Below are positions 18,544-26,747 of a DNA stretch of 38,282 nucleotides, piece by piece. Within the stretch, counting starts at the first letter, position 1; the number at the start of each line of letters is the position of its first letter. Under the pieces are notes generated by a model, which was not told the origin of the DNA, searched no databases, and worked only from the letters and a program-made list of their open reading frames with translations. This DNA comes from a virus. The stretch lies in the IMG/VR virus record IMGVR_UViG_3300029660_000072, positions 1 through 38,282 of that record. The stretch is one strand, 5' to 3'. Position numbers and translations under genes: made by a program.

Positions 18544-18998
18544 AATTGACAACAGGCGAAATGATTGCCGATGCTGCAAAAAAGTGGATAGGCACACCGT
18601 ATCAAAACAATACTATGGTTCATGGTGTTGGCGTCGATTGCTCCTATTTGTTGGTTGCTGCATTGGTCGATAGTGGCCTCATGAAACGTGATGCATTAGA
18701 AATAGAAAATTATTCTAACGAATGGCATCTACATCGTAGCGAAGAAAAGTACCTAAAATACGTTCAAAAAGTAGCCGACGAGGTTCCTATTGATGATATT
18801 CGCATCGGTGATTTTCTACTATACCAATATGGGCGGTGCATTTCTCATGGAGCCGTTTATGTTGGCAATAATTTAGTCGTGCATGCGTTTGTTGATCTAG
18901 GCGTTATCTATTCATCTATTGACGATGTATTATTCTATGACGCTAAGGGCAAAAGTCGCTTACGTGCGGTGTATAGGTTTAGGAAAGGGGGCAAATAA
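18540..18998 (+). CDS. NlpC/P60-family tail-associated cell-wall peptidase (RcGTA g14-like)
   Basis: Catalytic Cys context GVDCSYL and His context ISHGAVY...VHA. Confidence 0.8.
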   Translation: MKLTTGEMIADAAKKWIGTPYQNNTMVHGVGVDCSYLLVAALVDSGLMKRDALEIENYSNEWHLHRSEEKYLKYVQKVADEVPIDDIRIGDFLLYQYGRCISHGAVYVGNNLVVHAFVDLGVIYSSIDDVLFYDAKGKSRLRAVYRFRKGGK

Positions 18999-21900
18999 TG
19001 GGCTTTCTATTTAGTCGAGGGCATAACACTACAAATCGAGCTGATATGATAGGCGATTTTCAAATTAATACGGCATCATACGGCGAAGTAGTTCCAGAAG
19101 TACTTGGCACTACACGATTGAGTGGCAACATTATTTATTACGATGATTTCACCCCTCATGAACACAAAACCACAACACGAACTGGCAAGGGTGGTGGCTC
19201 AAAGCATACTGAAATAACCTACACATATACAGTCGCATGTGCGATTGGCTTATGTGAGGGCCCTATACAGGGTATAGGAAAAGTATGGCGAGATAAGGAA
19301 ATATACGACTATCCTAATGAAAAGATTGAACTTACTGCCTATAAAGGTGATTATGGACAAGCTCCATGGCCTTATGTGTTATCTAAACATCCGGATAAGG
19401 CATTGCCTTATAGTGGCTTGGCATATATGGCCGGTGTTGTAGATTTAGGCGAACGAGGAAGTTTACCGCAATACAACTTTGAGATAAAAGGCAAGCTCCT
19501 AGAAACTGGCGACGGTGTAGACGTTAACCCTGCCGATTATATTGTGCATGTGTTGAAGTCTATCGGCATTGATGATGTTAACATTGACGGTTTGGAGCAC
19601 TACAGGGAGTATTGCAAGGCAGCTGATATTCTTATCAGTACACCTCCGGACAGTAAAAGCACAAAGGCTCAAACTGTAATTAATGATATAGCTGAGATTA
19701 CAAACAGCCTTGTCTTTTGGTCTACAGACCGTCTTAAAATCGTACCATTAGCCGATAAGCCAATAGGAACATGGACGCCTTACAATCAAATTCAATATAA
19801 CTTGAATTCAGATGATCTTATTCCGGCTAGCGATGGGCAGTTAGTTGTGTATAAGAGAAAGGATAGTTCGGAAAGTTATAACCAAGCTACGGTTGAATTT
19901 ATTAATCGTGCAAATAGTTACGAAAAGGAAACAGTCGCTTTCGAGGTTGTAGCCGATGTGCAAAAAAATGGTTTAAAGCCAGCCTCCAAGAAGTCTGCAC
20001 ATTATCTATATACTAAGGCTAGGGCACAATACTATGCTGAGCAATTAGCCATGAAACGGCTATACGCTAAAAACCAATATACATTCCATTTAGATTGGGC
20101 GTTTTGTAGATTGGAGCCAGGCGACCTTGTTACATTAACTGACGAATTATGTGGCTTAAATAATCAAATTGTCGTTATAACTTCTGTATCTGAGGCAGCA
20201 GACGGACAGTTGGAAATAACTGCCGAGGGTAAACCGCCAGGGACATATGCTCCTGCCAAGTACAATGTGCATGAAAATGAACGACCTTTTATTGATTATA
20301 ACCAAGCTGCACCAAGCGTAAATGATGTTGCTATATTCCAAACCGTTGGCGATGTTGGTGGCAATCAGGTATTCGTTGGGGTTAATGCTCCGAGCGGTTG
20401 GGGTGGTTGCTCCGTATGGGTATCTGATACAGGCGAGAATTATCGACGTATAGGATCTATCACTCAACAAGCTAGAATGGGCAGAACAAAAAATGCGTTT
20501 GATAAGTCTGCGAATGTATGCGATGTAGTACTCAATCAAGGTGTGTTGAAAACTGCAACACATATCGATGCTGAACGTGCCAATACATTGTGTTGGATAA
20601 ATGGCGAGGCATTGAGCTATGAGGGTGTAGAAACTCATCCGGATAATTGGTATACGTTAAAAGGTTTAGTTCGTGGACAGTATGGCACTAATACTATTAA
20701 TCACAATGCAAATGAAAGGTTTGCCAGAGTTGACGAGGCTTTATTCCGTTACCCTTATCGTAAGGAAGATATAAATAAGACAGTATATCTCAAGTTCACT
20801 TCGTTAAATCTGTTCGGTAGTAATGAACAGGGACTTGATGAGGTGCAAGAGTATACTTATAAAATCGTTCCTTACTATATCCCAGAAGTTGATAATTTAA
20901 CGTTATATACTAAATATTACGAGATTGGCAACGGTGTATTGTCCTTTGATGTAGTAGCTCAATTTGATGTACCTCAAATCAATAGTTTTGATACGGTCGA
21001 ATTGTGGTACCGTGAGGGCAATGCAAAATGGAAATATGGCGGCAATGGTAATGGTCAAATCTCGATTAGTGGCTGCGAACTTGGACATACTTACGAAGTA
21101 AAGGCTATTGTTAAGGACATACATGGAAACACTTCGCAAGGTGTTACAAAGTCCATTACTGTAGCCATGAAAACGGAAGTTCCTAATGCACCGCAAGGCT
21201 TTTCTATTACGTTTAGTGATAAGGCCAATTTTAACTGGCTTGAAGTTCGTAACGCTGACGTCAATTTCTACGAATTGCGTTTAGATACACGAACAGGGCA
21301 AACCGATGGTCTTATTGGTAAAAGTAACAACACCACTTATAGTGGTATGCTGCGTGAACGTAGTGGCAAAGTCTATTTGTATGCACATAACCCATCAAAA
21401 GGCTATGGGGCACCGGCTGAGGTTACATATAACGTACCAATTCCACCTAAGCCTACAAATGTCAAATTAACTGGTACTATTAGCGGTATCGGAGTGGTGT
21501 TTGAAAACATTCCGACTGGCTGCAAGGGTGCCAATGTCTATGTCGATAATACTGTATATTTCACATCTACTAACGCAATGAGTATTCCTATCGAGGCCGG
21601 TGTTTATTCTGTCAGCGTTGCTTATGTCGATATCTTTGGTGAGGGGCCAAGAACCGATGCAACAAATGTTACAGTAAAGGCTAAAATAGACAGTAAATTG
21701 CTAGATATGGAAGAACTTGGCATATCTGATATGGATAAGGCAGTAAAGGCTTTAAAAAATGAAGTTGGAACAGTTAAAACTAGCGTTGACGGTTTTCAAA
21801 GCAAACTCATCGACCAAGCCAATGCGTTCCAACATAGCATTAGTGATCTAAACACTAATTTAGGTACACAAATAACTCAAATTTCAAACGGCATTGAGTT

Positions 21901-22759
21901 AAAAGTAAGTAATGCAATCAATAGCCTTGACGGTGCCACACTTGTAAGCCGTATCAATCTAAGCCCAGCCGGTACACGTATCGAGGGTAAATTATTGCAC
22001 GTTACTGGCGATGCATTGTTTGAAAATAACATCATTACAAAAGGTATGTTGCAAGCCGGTTCGGTTACTGCTGATAAAATGCAAGTCGATAGCTTATCAT
22101 CTATCACTGCCAATATTGGTGATTTAAGAGGCGGCACCATTACTGGTACAGTTATCAAAAATGCGTCTAATACGTTTAGCGTTGACGCTGACGGTAATAT
22201 TAGAGGCGTAAATATTACTGGTTCAAGAATTGACGCCAACAGTGTATATGCTAATGGTGAACCTCTAAAAAATACCAATTTTATGAGCTTACATGTAGTT
22301 AGTGGACAAAAAATCAACTTGCCAGCAGGATATAACTACGAGCGATGTTTATACTACCTAACCAACGTTAAAATGCGTGAAAGCTCAGCGTATAAAATTA
22401 CTGGACGTTATTTTAATGATAACGATATGAACAAAGTTCATGACTTTAATAATCGCTATTCAATGTATTTCAATAACAGGCCTGGCAATGGCAAGATTGA
22501 TGATTTAGAGGGCGGACACTGGTTACATGGTGAGCCGTTGCAAAATCGTGTATTCTTTCCTAATGGTGATATTCCGAACGGTGGAACTTTTTCGTACGGT
22601 AGGGGCTATCCTAGAAATAATGCAGCCTCTCAAAGTGCTAACGCAAAATGGTTCAAAGGTTGCGGCGTAACCAAAGAGGGTTATTTTTATTATTTCTATA
22701 ATTCAGGTAATTTTGGCTATTATGGCGAGGCTGATTTACTCATCGTTTCATTCTGGTAA
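18998..22759 (+). CDS. Host-specificity / central tail fibre protein (lambda J / RcGTA g15-like), with FN3-like repeats and a distinct C-terminal domain
   Basis: 1253 aa. The N-terminal region is typical of phage-tail_3 host specificity proteins. The ATG overlaps the stop of the peptidase gene. Confidence 0.8.
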   Translation: MGFLFSRGHNTTNRADMIGDFQINTASYGEVVPEVLGTTRLSGNIIYYDDFTPHEHKTTTRTGKGGGSKHTEITYTYTVACAIGLCEGPIQGIGKVWRDKEIYDYPNEKIELTAYKGDYGQAPWPYVLSKHPDKALPYSGLAYMAGVVDLGERGSLPQYNFEIKGKLLETGDGVDVNPADYIVHVLKSIGIDDVNIDGLEHYREYCKAADILISTPPDSKSTKAQTVINDIAEITNSLVFWSTDRLKIVPLADKPIGTWTPYNQIQYNLNSDDLIPASDGQLVVYKRKDSSESYNQATVEFINRANSYEKETVAFEVVADVQKNGLKPASKKSAHYLYTKARAQYYAEQLAMKRLYAKNQYTFHLDWAFCRLEPGDLVTLTDELCGLNNQIVVITSVSEAADGQLEITAEGKPPGTYAPAKYNVHENERPFIDYNQAAPSVNDVAIFQTVGDVGGNQVFVGVNAPSGWGGCSVWVSDTGENYRRIGSITQQARMGRTKNAFDKSANVCDVVLNQGVLKTATHIDAERANTLCWINGEALSYEGVETHPDNWYTLKGLVRGQYGTNTINHNANERFARVDEALFRYPYRKEDINKTVYLKFTSLNLFGSNEQGLDEVQEYTYKIVPYYIPEVDNLTLYTKYYEIGNGVLSFDVVAQFDVPQINSFDTVELWYREGNAKWKYGGNGNGQISISGCELGHTYEVKAIVKDIHGNTSQGVTKSITVAMKTEVPNAPQGFSITFSDKANFNWLEVRNADVNFYELRLDTRTGQTDGLIGKSNNTTYSGMLRERSGKVYLYAHNPSKGYGAPAEVTYNVPIPPKPTNVKLTGTISGIGVVFENIPTGCKGANVYVDNTVYFTSTNAMSIPIEAGVYSVSVAYVDIFGEGPRTDATNVTVKAKIDSKLLDMEELGISDMDKAVKALKNEVGTVKTSVDGFQSKLIDQANAFQHSISDLNTNLGTQITQISNGIELKVSNAINSLDGATLVSRINLSPAGTRIEGKLLHVTGDALFENNIITKGMLQAGSVTADKMQVDSLSSITANIGDLRGGTITGTVIKNASNTFSVDADGNIRGVNITGSRIDANSVYANGEPLKNTNFMSLHVVSGQKINLPAGYNYERCLYYLTNVKMRESSAYKITGRYFNDNDMNKVHDFNNRYSMYFNNRPGNGKIDDLEGGHWLHGEPLQNRVFFPNGDIPNGGTFSYGRGYPRNNAASQSANAKWFKGCGVTKEGYFYYFYNSGNFGYYGEADLLIVSFW

Positions 22760-22770
22760 GGGGGGAATAT

Positions 22771-23091
22771 ATGGATCTAGTCAAACGAGTAAATGAAACA
22801 ATACATATTGGCGAAGATTGGCGAAGAGCTTACACAATCACAGATGATATTGATATAAGCCAAGCCAATGCCGTATGTAAGATACGTAGCAAGCAAGGTA
22901 AATTACTTTGTGAGGCTGAAACAGTAATAAATAATAAAACTATATTTGTTACTATCTCAAAAAATAAAACATTAGAGATTAACAAGATATACACAAAGGC
23001 CGTATACGATGTTTTTCTTATTCAAGATGATGTCTCTCATAAGTTAATTATGGGGGACATTACTATTATTCATGATATTTCTATGCATTAA
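22771..23091 (+). CDS. Hypothetical tail-associated protein (106 aa)
   Basis: Strong RBS; lies between the host-specificity protein and the fibre. Confidence 0.5.
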   Translation: MDLVKRVNETIHIGEDWRRAYTITDDIDISQANAVCKIRSKQGKLLCEAETVINNKTIFVTISKNKTLEINKIYTKAVYDVFLIQDDVSHKLIMGDITIIHDISMH

Positions 23092-23103
23092 AGGGGGTTC
23101 ATT

Positions 23104-24078
23104 ATGGCAGAAACAAACGCACTTCAAGAAATTTTGGTTACATTAGGCGATAAGCCATTGAATGTAAATGTAAACATTCCAGGAATTAAAGGGGATAATG
23201 GTCAAGACGGCCTCAATGGTGCTGACGGTTTAAGTGCATATGATATTGCACAATTAAATGGCTTTACAGGTAGTCAGCAAGAATGGTTGGAAAGCCTAAA
23301 AGCCGGTGCCGTTGCAGATGAGGCACGCACAATGCTATTAAATGGCAACGTGTGGTGTAAATCTGCTGCAATTAGTGATGTATTGGCTGCAGTTATTTCT
23401 AATTTAGGGAAAGCGTTCCCACGTACTGAATTTAAACAGTTGAAAGTACCTAACGTATTACAAGGTCAACGTATTATCGCTGTGGAGGGCGAGCCTCATT
23501 ACTTTGTTAAAGTTGCAGGCATGGAAACTCCGTTCGAGATTGACGATAATGGAACTGGATCCATCTCTATCGAGCCATTGGGCGTTGATGATATTCCTTT
23601 GACTTATCACAACTTTATTGGCGAAAAAGTAGGCGAAACTGTAATCGCTGGTATTCATGACAATACTAGAACACCAGACGACACTTATACAGAAAATGGC
23701 GTTAAATATGAGCTATTTGGTCGCAAGTTAGAAATTAATGTAACAAACTTCACTGGCTACAATGCTCTTAAAATGCTCGGTAAATGGTTAGCATCTGAAA
23801 TTGACAGTATCCTAATTAAAACGAGTAGGAATGTGCAACCTGTAACAGGAAATGGCAGTTTTACAGATAAAAGCGGCAATGCGATTGGGAATATTCCTAT
23901 CATAGTGGAAACTCCTCAAAAGGTTACATTCCATAATACTGATAATAACAGTACTCCGATTAAAATAGGTACGTTGCAATATGGTGTGTATGATGTTCGA
24001 TTCCAATCCTCTCGAATCGAATGGTATGATAGCATGCATCGATATGTTAGTGCAGGCGATGCAGTCGACCATCTATAA
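23104..24078 (+). CDS. Tail fibre protein with a short collagen-like segment
   Basis: Six consecutive G-X-Y triplets (GIKGDNGQDGLNGADGLS) near the N-terminus. Confidence 0.6.
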   Translation: MAETNALQEILVTLGDKPLNVNVNIPGIKGDNGQDGLNGADGLSAYDIAQLNGFTGSQQEWLESLKAGAVADEARTMLLNGNVWCKSAAISDVLAAVISNLGKAFPRTEFKQLKVPNVLQGQRIIAVEGEPHYFVKVAGMETPFEIDDNGTGSISIEPLGVDDIPLTYHNFIGEKVGETVIAGIHDNTRTPDDTYTENGVKYELFGRKLEINVTNFTGYNALKMLGKWLASEIDSILIKTSRNVQPVTGNGSFTDKSGNAIGNIPIIVETPQKVTFHNTDNNSTPIKIGTLQYGVYDVRFQSSRIEWYDSMHRYVSAGDAVDHL

Positions 24079-24098
24079 TCTAGTGGAAAGGAGCGACA

Positions 24099-24629
24099 AT
24101 GCAAGAAATAACAAATTTTCTATGCGACGCATGGCAAACACTTACTGAGTCATTCGCAATTAAGGCTTTATTGGCAGTAATAGCAGAAGTCGGTATTTAC
24201 ATGTTAGGTCTTAAACATGTACAAGTTTTAGGCATATTCATATTACTTGTCTTTTTAGATCTAATCACTAAATGGTCTGCCATTAGTTACCAAATGCTCA
24301 TAGATTTAGGTGCAAACCCAGACAATATCAGTGCGTCAGATAAGTATATCGCTATTCCTGCTGCATGGGGCAAAGGGCTTATTAATTCAAAACACATGCG
24401 AAAACCTTTTGTAACAAAGGTATTAACATATTGCCTAGCTACTGCCGGTGCATGGTGCTTTGATTTTATGGCAGGCAATTATGCGTTTGCAGTCAATTTA
24501 GTATGGCTCTATCTTGGCTCCGTCGAGTTCCTTTCTATATTGGAAAATATGCGAGACGGTGGCAATAGTACTATTTCAGGTCTATTGGAATTAGTACAAA
24601 GTAAGGTTGACGCATTATTAAAGAAATAA
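24099..24629 (+). CDS. Holin (TcdE / holin_4-like)
   Basis: Four hydrophobic segments and the SVEFLSILEN motif resembling E.iSI.EN of this holin family. It lies directly upstream of the endolysin. Confidence 0.7.
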   Translation: MQEITNFLCDAWQTLTESFAIKALLAVIAEVGIYMLGLKHVQVLGIFILLVFLDLITKWSAISYQMLIDLGANPDNISASDKYIAIPAAWGKGLINSKHMRKPFVTKVLTYCLATAGAWCFDFMAGNYAFAVNLVWLYLGSVEFLSILENMRDGGNSTISGLLELVQSKVDALLKK

Positions 24630-24639
24630 CGTTTTATAT

Positions 24640-24666
24640 GAGGGCTGCATATAGTAGCCCTCTTTT
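24640..24666 (+). terminator. Hairpin plus T-tract between holin and endolysin
   Basis: GAGGGCTGC / GTAGCCCTC stem with a 5-nt loop, then TTTT. Confidence 0.5.
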
Positions 24667-24687
24667 AATTTGAAAGAGGTGTATATA

Positions 24688-25077
24688 ATGAAAATTGGTG
24701 CATATTTTGATGATTTTGAGTTCGCTTGCAGTTGCCATAGACATGAAGTCGATGAGAATGGACATAATAAACTGGACCATATCATCGACAAACGTTTGGT
24801 AGACTTATTAGACGCAATTCGTGAACGTTTAGGGGTTCCGTTATATATCAATAGTGGTTACCGTTGCCCTGAACATAATGCGGAAGTAGGGGGCGTGTCT
24901 AACTCTCAACATTTAGAGGGCACAGCCGCCGACATTACATACGATGGCATTGATGTTGACTATCTTGCACAAATTGCCGAAGAATGTGGTGCGGACGGAA
25001 TTGGTTGCTATTATCACCAAGACTTCGTGCATGTTGATGTTAGGGGATACGCAGCACGTTGGAATGATCTTGACTAA
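24688..25077 (+). CDS. Endolysin, peptidase M15 (zinc D-Ala-D-Ala carboxypeptidase-like)
   Basis: SGYRCPEHN...SQH..GTAADI...FVHVDVR carries the H-D-H zinc ligands. ATG at 24688 follows AAAGAGGTG. Confidence 0.8.
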   Translation: MKIGAYFDDFEFACSCHRHEVDENGHNKLDHIIDKRLVDLLDAIRERLGVPLYINSGYRCPEHNAEVGGVSNSQHLEGTAADITYDGIDVDYLAQIAEECGADGIGCYYHQDFVHVDVRGYAARWNDLD

Positions 25078-25093
25078 ATAAAGGGGGCTATGT

Positions 25094-25540
25094 ATGTATG
25101 AGAAAATCACGAAGTACATCAAAGCAGTTAAATCTCAAATTACTGTTAAGCGGTTTATTCTTATTTGTGGTTGTGTGTTGCTCCTCATTGGTGCATGCCA
25201 ACTCATTGACGGCTACTTCACCGCAAGAGGAAACTATCAACGTGCCATTGACAAGTTGGAACGAACTCAAAGGGAACTTGATACAAGCAGACGCCTTAAT
25301 CAAGAGCTCAAACTTGTCATTGAACGAAGCTCAGACCTTAACCGTCAAGCAGGCGACCGAATTGAACGAATTGAAGATTATCAACGAAGAACGGAGCAAG
25401 GAATTGGCCGAGCTCAAAACTATCAACAAGAAACAGGAAAAAGAGTTAGCGAAAGCATCGGAACTAACAGCCAAGCAAGCGAACTCATTGGACGCAGCTT
25501 ACGCATCATCGAACGAGTTGAAAGCGGAAATAAAGAATAA
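25094..25540 (+). CDS. i-spanin-like ORF (N-terminal TM segment plus charged coiled-coil-like region); coding status uncertain
   Basis: 148 codons open; ATG 6 nt after GGGGG. A TM-like FILICGCVLLLIGAC segment is present. It overlaps 25098..25631 completely in another frame. Confidence 0.4.
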   Translation: MYEKITKYIKAVKSQITVKRFILICGCVLLLIGACQLIDGYFTARGNYQRAIDKLERTQRELDTSRRLNQELKLVIERSSDLNRQAGDRIERIEDYQRRTEQGIGRAQNYQQETGKRVSESIGTNSQASELIGRSLRIIERVESGNKE

Positions 25541-25631
25541 TAAACGAACAGAACAAAGGTTACGCCGGCAACGTGATACATGGGCAATTAGTAATGCTGC
25601 ATTATTCCTTGCAGGTGTGTTGCGTAGATAG
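25098..25631 (+). CDS. Unimolecular-spanin-like ORF (N-terminal signal/lipobox-like segment, coiled coil, C-terminal hydrophobic anchor)
   Basis: 177 codons with a basic n-region, LLLSGLFLFVVVCC, heptad-like ELNELK/KELAELK repeats and a C-terminal AISNAALFLAGVLRR. Codon pattern looks natural, especially in the second half. Confidence 0.55.
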   Translation: MRKSRSTSKQLNLKLLLSGLFLFVVVCCSSLVHANSLTATSPQEETINVPLTSWNELKGNLIQADALIKSSNLSLNEAQTLTVKQATELNELKIINEERSKELAELKTINKKQEKELAKASELTAKQANSLDAAYASSNELKAEIKNNKRTEQRLRRQRDTWAISNAALFLAGVLRR

Positions 25632-25700
25632 ACGGAGGTGATCCAATATCTCCTTACTGCATAAAGGTGGATATGCAGACAACTTTTGTTAGTTACATAT

Positions 25701-25740
25701 AGGGCACTTACTTTAACAGTAGGTGCCCTTATTTTTTTTT
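25701..25740 (+). terminator. Strong rho-independent terminator ending the late/lysis operon
   Basis: 12-bp stem AGGGCACTTACT / AGTAGGTGCCCT followed by a run of nine T. Confidence 0.85.
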
Positions 25741-25761
25741 GCAATAATTGCGAACAAACGT

Positions 25762-25790
25762 TTGACTTTAACAAGAATAAGTTATATAAT
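25762..25790 (+). promoter_or_regulatory. Near-consensus sigma70-type promoter TTGACT-17-TATAAT for the moron cassette
   Basis: Hexamers and 17-nt spacer counted in the sequence; 45 nt upstream of ATG 25835. Confidence 0.6.
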
Positions 25791-25834
25791 GTAATCAAGA
25801 TAAGAAGTGATTAAGCTAAAAGGAGGCTTACAAA

Positions 25835-26068
25835 ATGATTAGAACTTGCAAAAAATTAGCAGCAGCACTTAATGAAGTAAATAACGAAACAATCCAAGTT
25901 GTAAAAGAACATGGTTATTACATTGTTAAATGCGGTGGTTATGAAAGCCACATTGCTTATACGCTAAAAGAATTAGTTAATGACTGCAAAGCAACTAAAA
26001 TTGAACTCGTTTATAAATTTTGGACAATGCAAGGCATGAAAGTAATGCACATCAATGGTATTAAATAA
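25835..26068 (+). CDS. Hypothetical small protein (77 aa), moron cassette
   Basis: AAAGGAGG RBS; no motif recognised. Confidence 0.5.
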   Translation: MIRTCKKLAAALNEVNNETIQVVKEHGYYIVKCGGYESHIAYTLKELVNDCKATKIELVYKFWTMQGMKVMHINGIK

Positions 26069-26081
26069 AGGAGAAAAAAAC

Positions 26082-26258
26082 ATGACACTAGATGAATTAA
26101 ATGCAATCTTAATTAACCAAAATAGAAACGTAGCTATTGAAAAGTTCAGAACTTGTTATGAATGTTATAACATTCATACAAACCAATTGGTGGCTAGTGC
26201 GGTTACAGTTGATGAGTTAAAAGAAATTTTAGTTCGTATGGATATTATAAGAGGTTAA
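26082..26258 (+). CDS. Hypothetical small protein (58 aa) with two xxDELxxIL motifs
   Basis: AAGGAG 8 nt before ATG 26082. Motifs are TLDELNAIL and TVDELKEILVR. Confidence 0.5.
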   Translation: MTLDELNAILINQNRNVAIEKFRTCYECYNIHTNQLVASAVTVDELKEILVRMDIIRG

Positions 26259-26265
26259 GTGTATG

Positions 26266-26295
26266 ATCTGGCTGCACCAAATGGTGCAGCCAGAT
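26266..26295. repeat. Perfect inverted repeat / hairpin without a U-tract
   Basis: ATCTGGCTGCACC-AAAT-GGTGCAGCCAGAT, located between two moron ORFs. Confidence 0.7.
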
Positions 26296-26311
26296 AAAAG
26301 GAGATATAAAC

Positions 26312-26596
26312 ATGAAGATGATTAAAAATCAAACAAGCATTGATGAATTAAATAGAACACTAGAAAAATATGAGGAACATCATGCAAACGGCATGATAAC
26401 CTCAGACGAGCTATCCGACATTCTAGTTCGTATCATAAAGCGTAAAATGCAGCTTGCCGAAATAACTACATATACAGAATTAATAACATATATCAATCAT
26501 GTATATTCTTTATATATGAATGATGAAATAACCGACACAGAATATGAAACAACTAATATTGTTATTGATGATATGATTGCAAAGGCTTTCAGATAA
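26312..26596 (+). CDS. Hypothetical small protein (94 aa), shares DEL motifs with 26082..26258
   Basis: Motifs SIDELNRTL and TSDELSDILVR; AAAGGAG RBS. Confidence 0.5.
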   Translation: MKMIKNQTSIDELNRTLEKYEEHHANGMITSDELSDILVRIIKRKMQLAEITTYTELITYINHVYSLYMNDEITDTEYETTNIVIDDMIAKAFR

Positions 26597-26606
26597 AGGT
26601 GATATA

Positions 26607-26747
26607 ATGTACAAAATAACGATGCTTAATGACTACGCTCATTATTTTAAATCTTATAGGTATATAGACAGTCAGACTATAGTAATATATCCGCAAGGAC
26701 ATATTATTGATCTTGAAATGACAAAAACAGGAATTGAGGTTATATAA
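26607..26747 (+). CDS. Hypothetical micro-protein (46 aa)
   Basis: AAAGGTG RBS and ATG 26607. Its stop overlaps the next start (TAATG). It is below the ORF-track cut-off. Confidence 0.35.
   Translation: MYKITMLNDYAHYFKSYRYIDSQTIVIYPQGHIIDLEMTKTGIEVI

Noticed and set aside
20156-22317. Long minus-strand ORFs (20156..20638, 20903..21196, 21877..22317), and similar ones at 10212..10553, 10716..11081, 14365..14685, 32420..32770, 33826..34185
   Set aside because: All lie antisense within well-supported + strand structural or early genes. They lack ribosome-binding sites and have odd hydrophobic or Ser-rich composition, so they are shadow ORFs.
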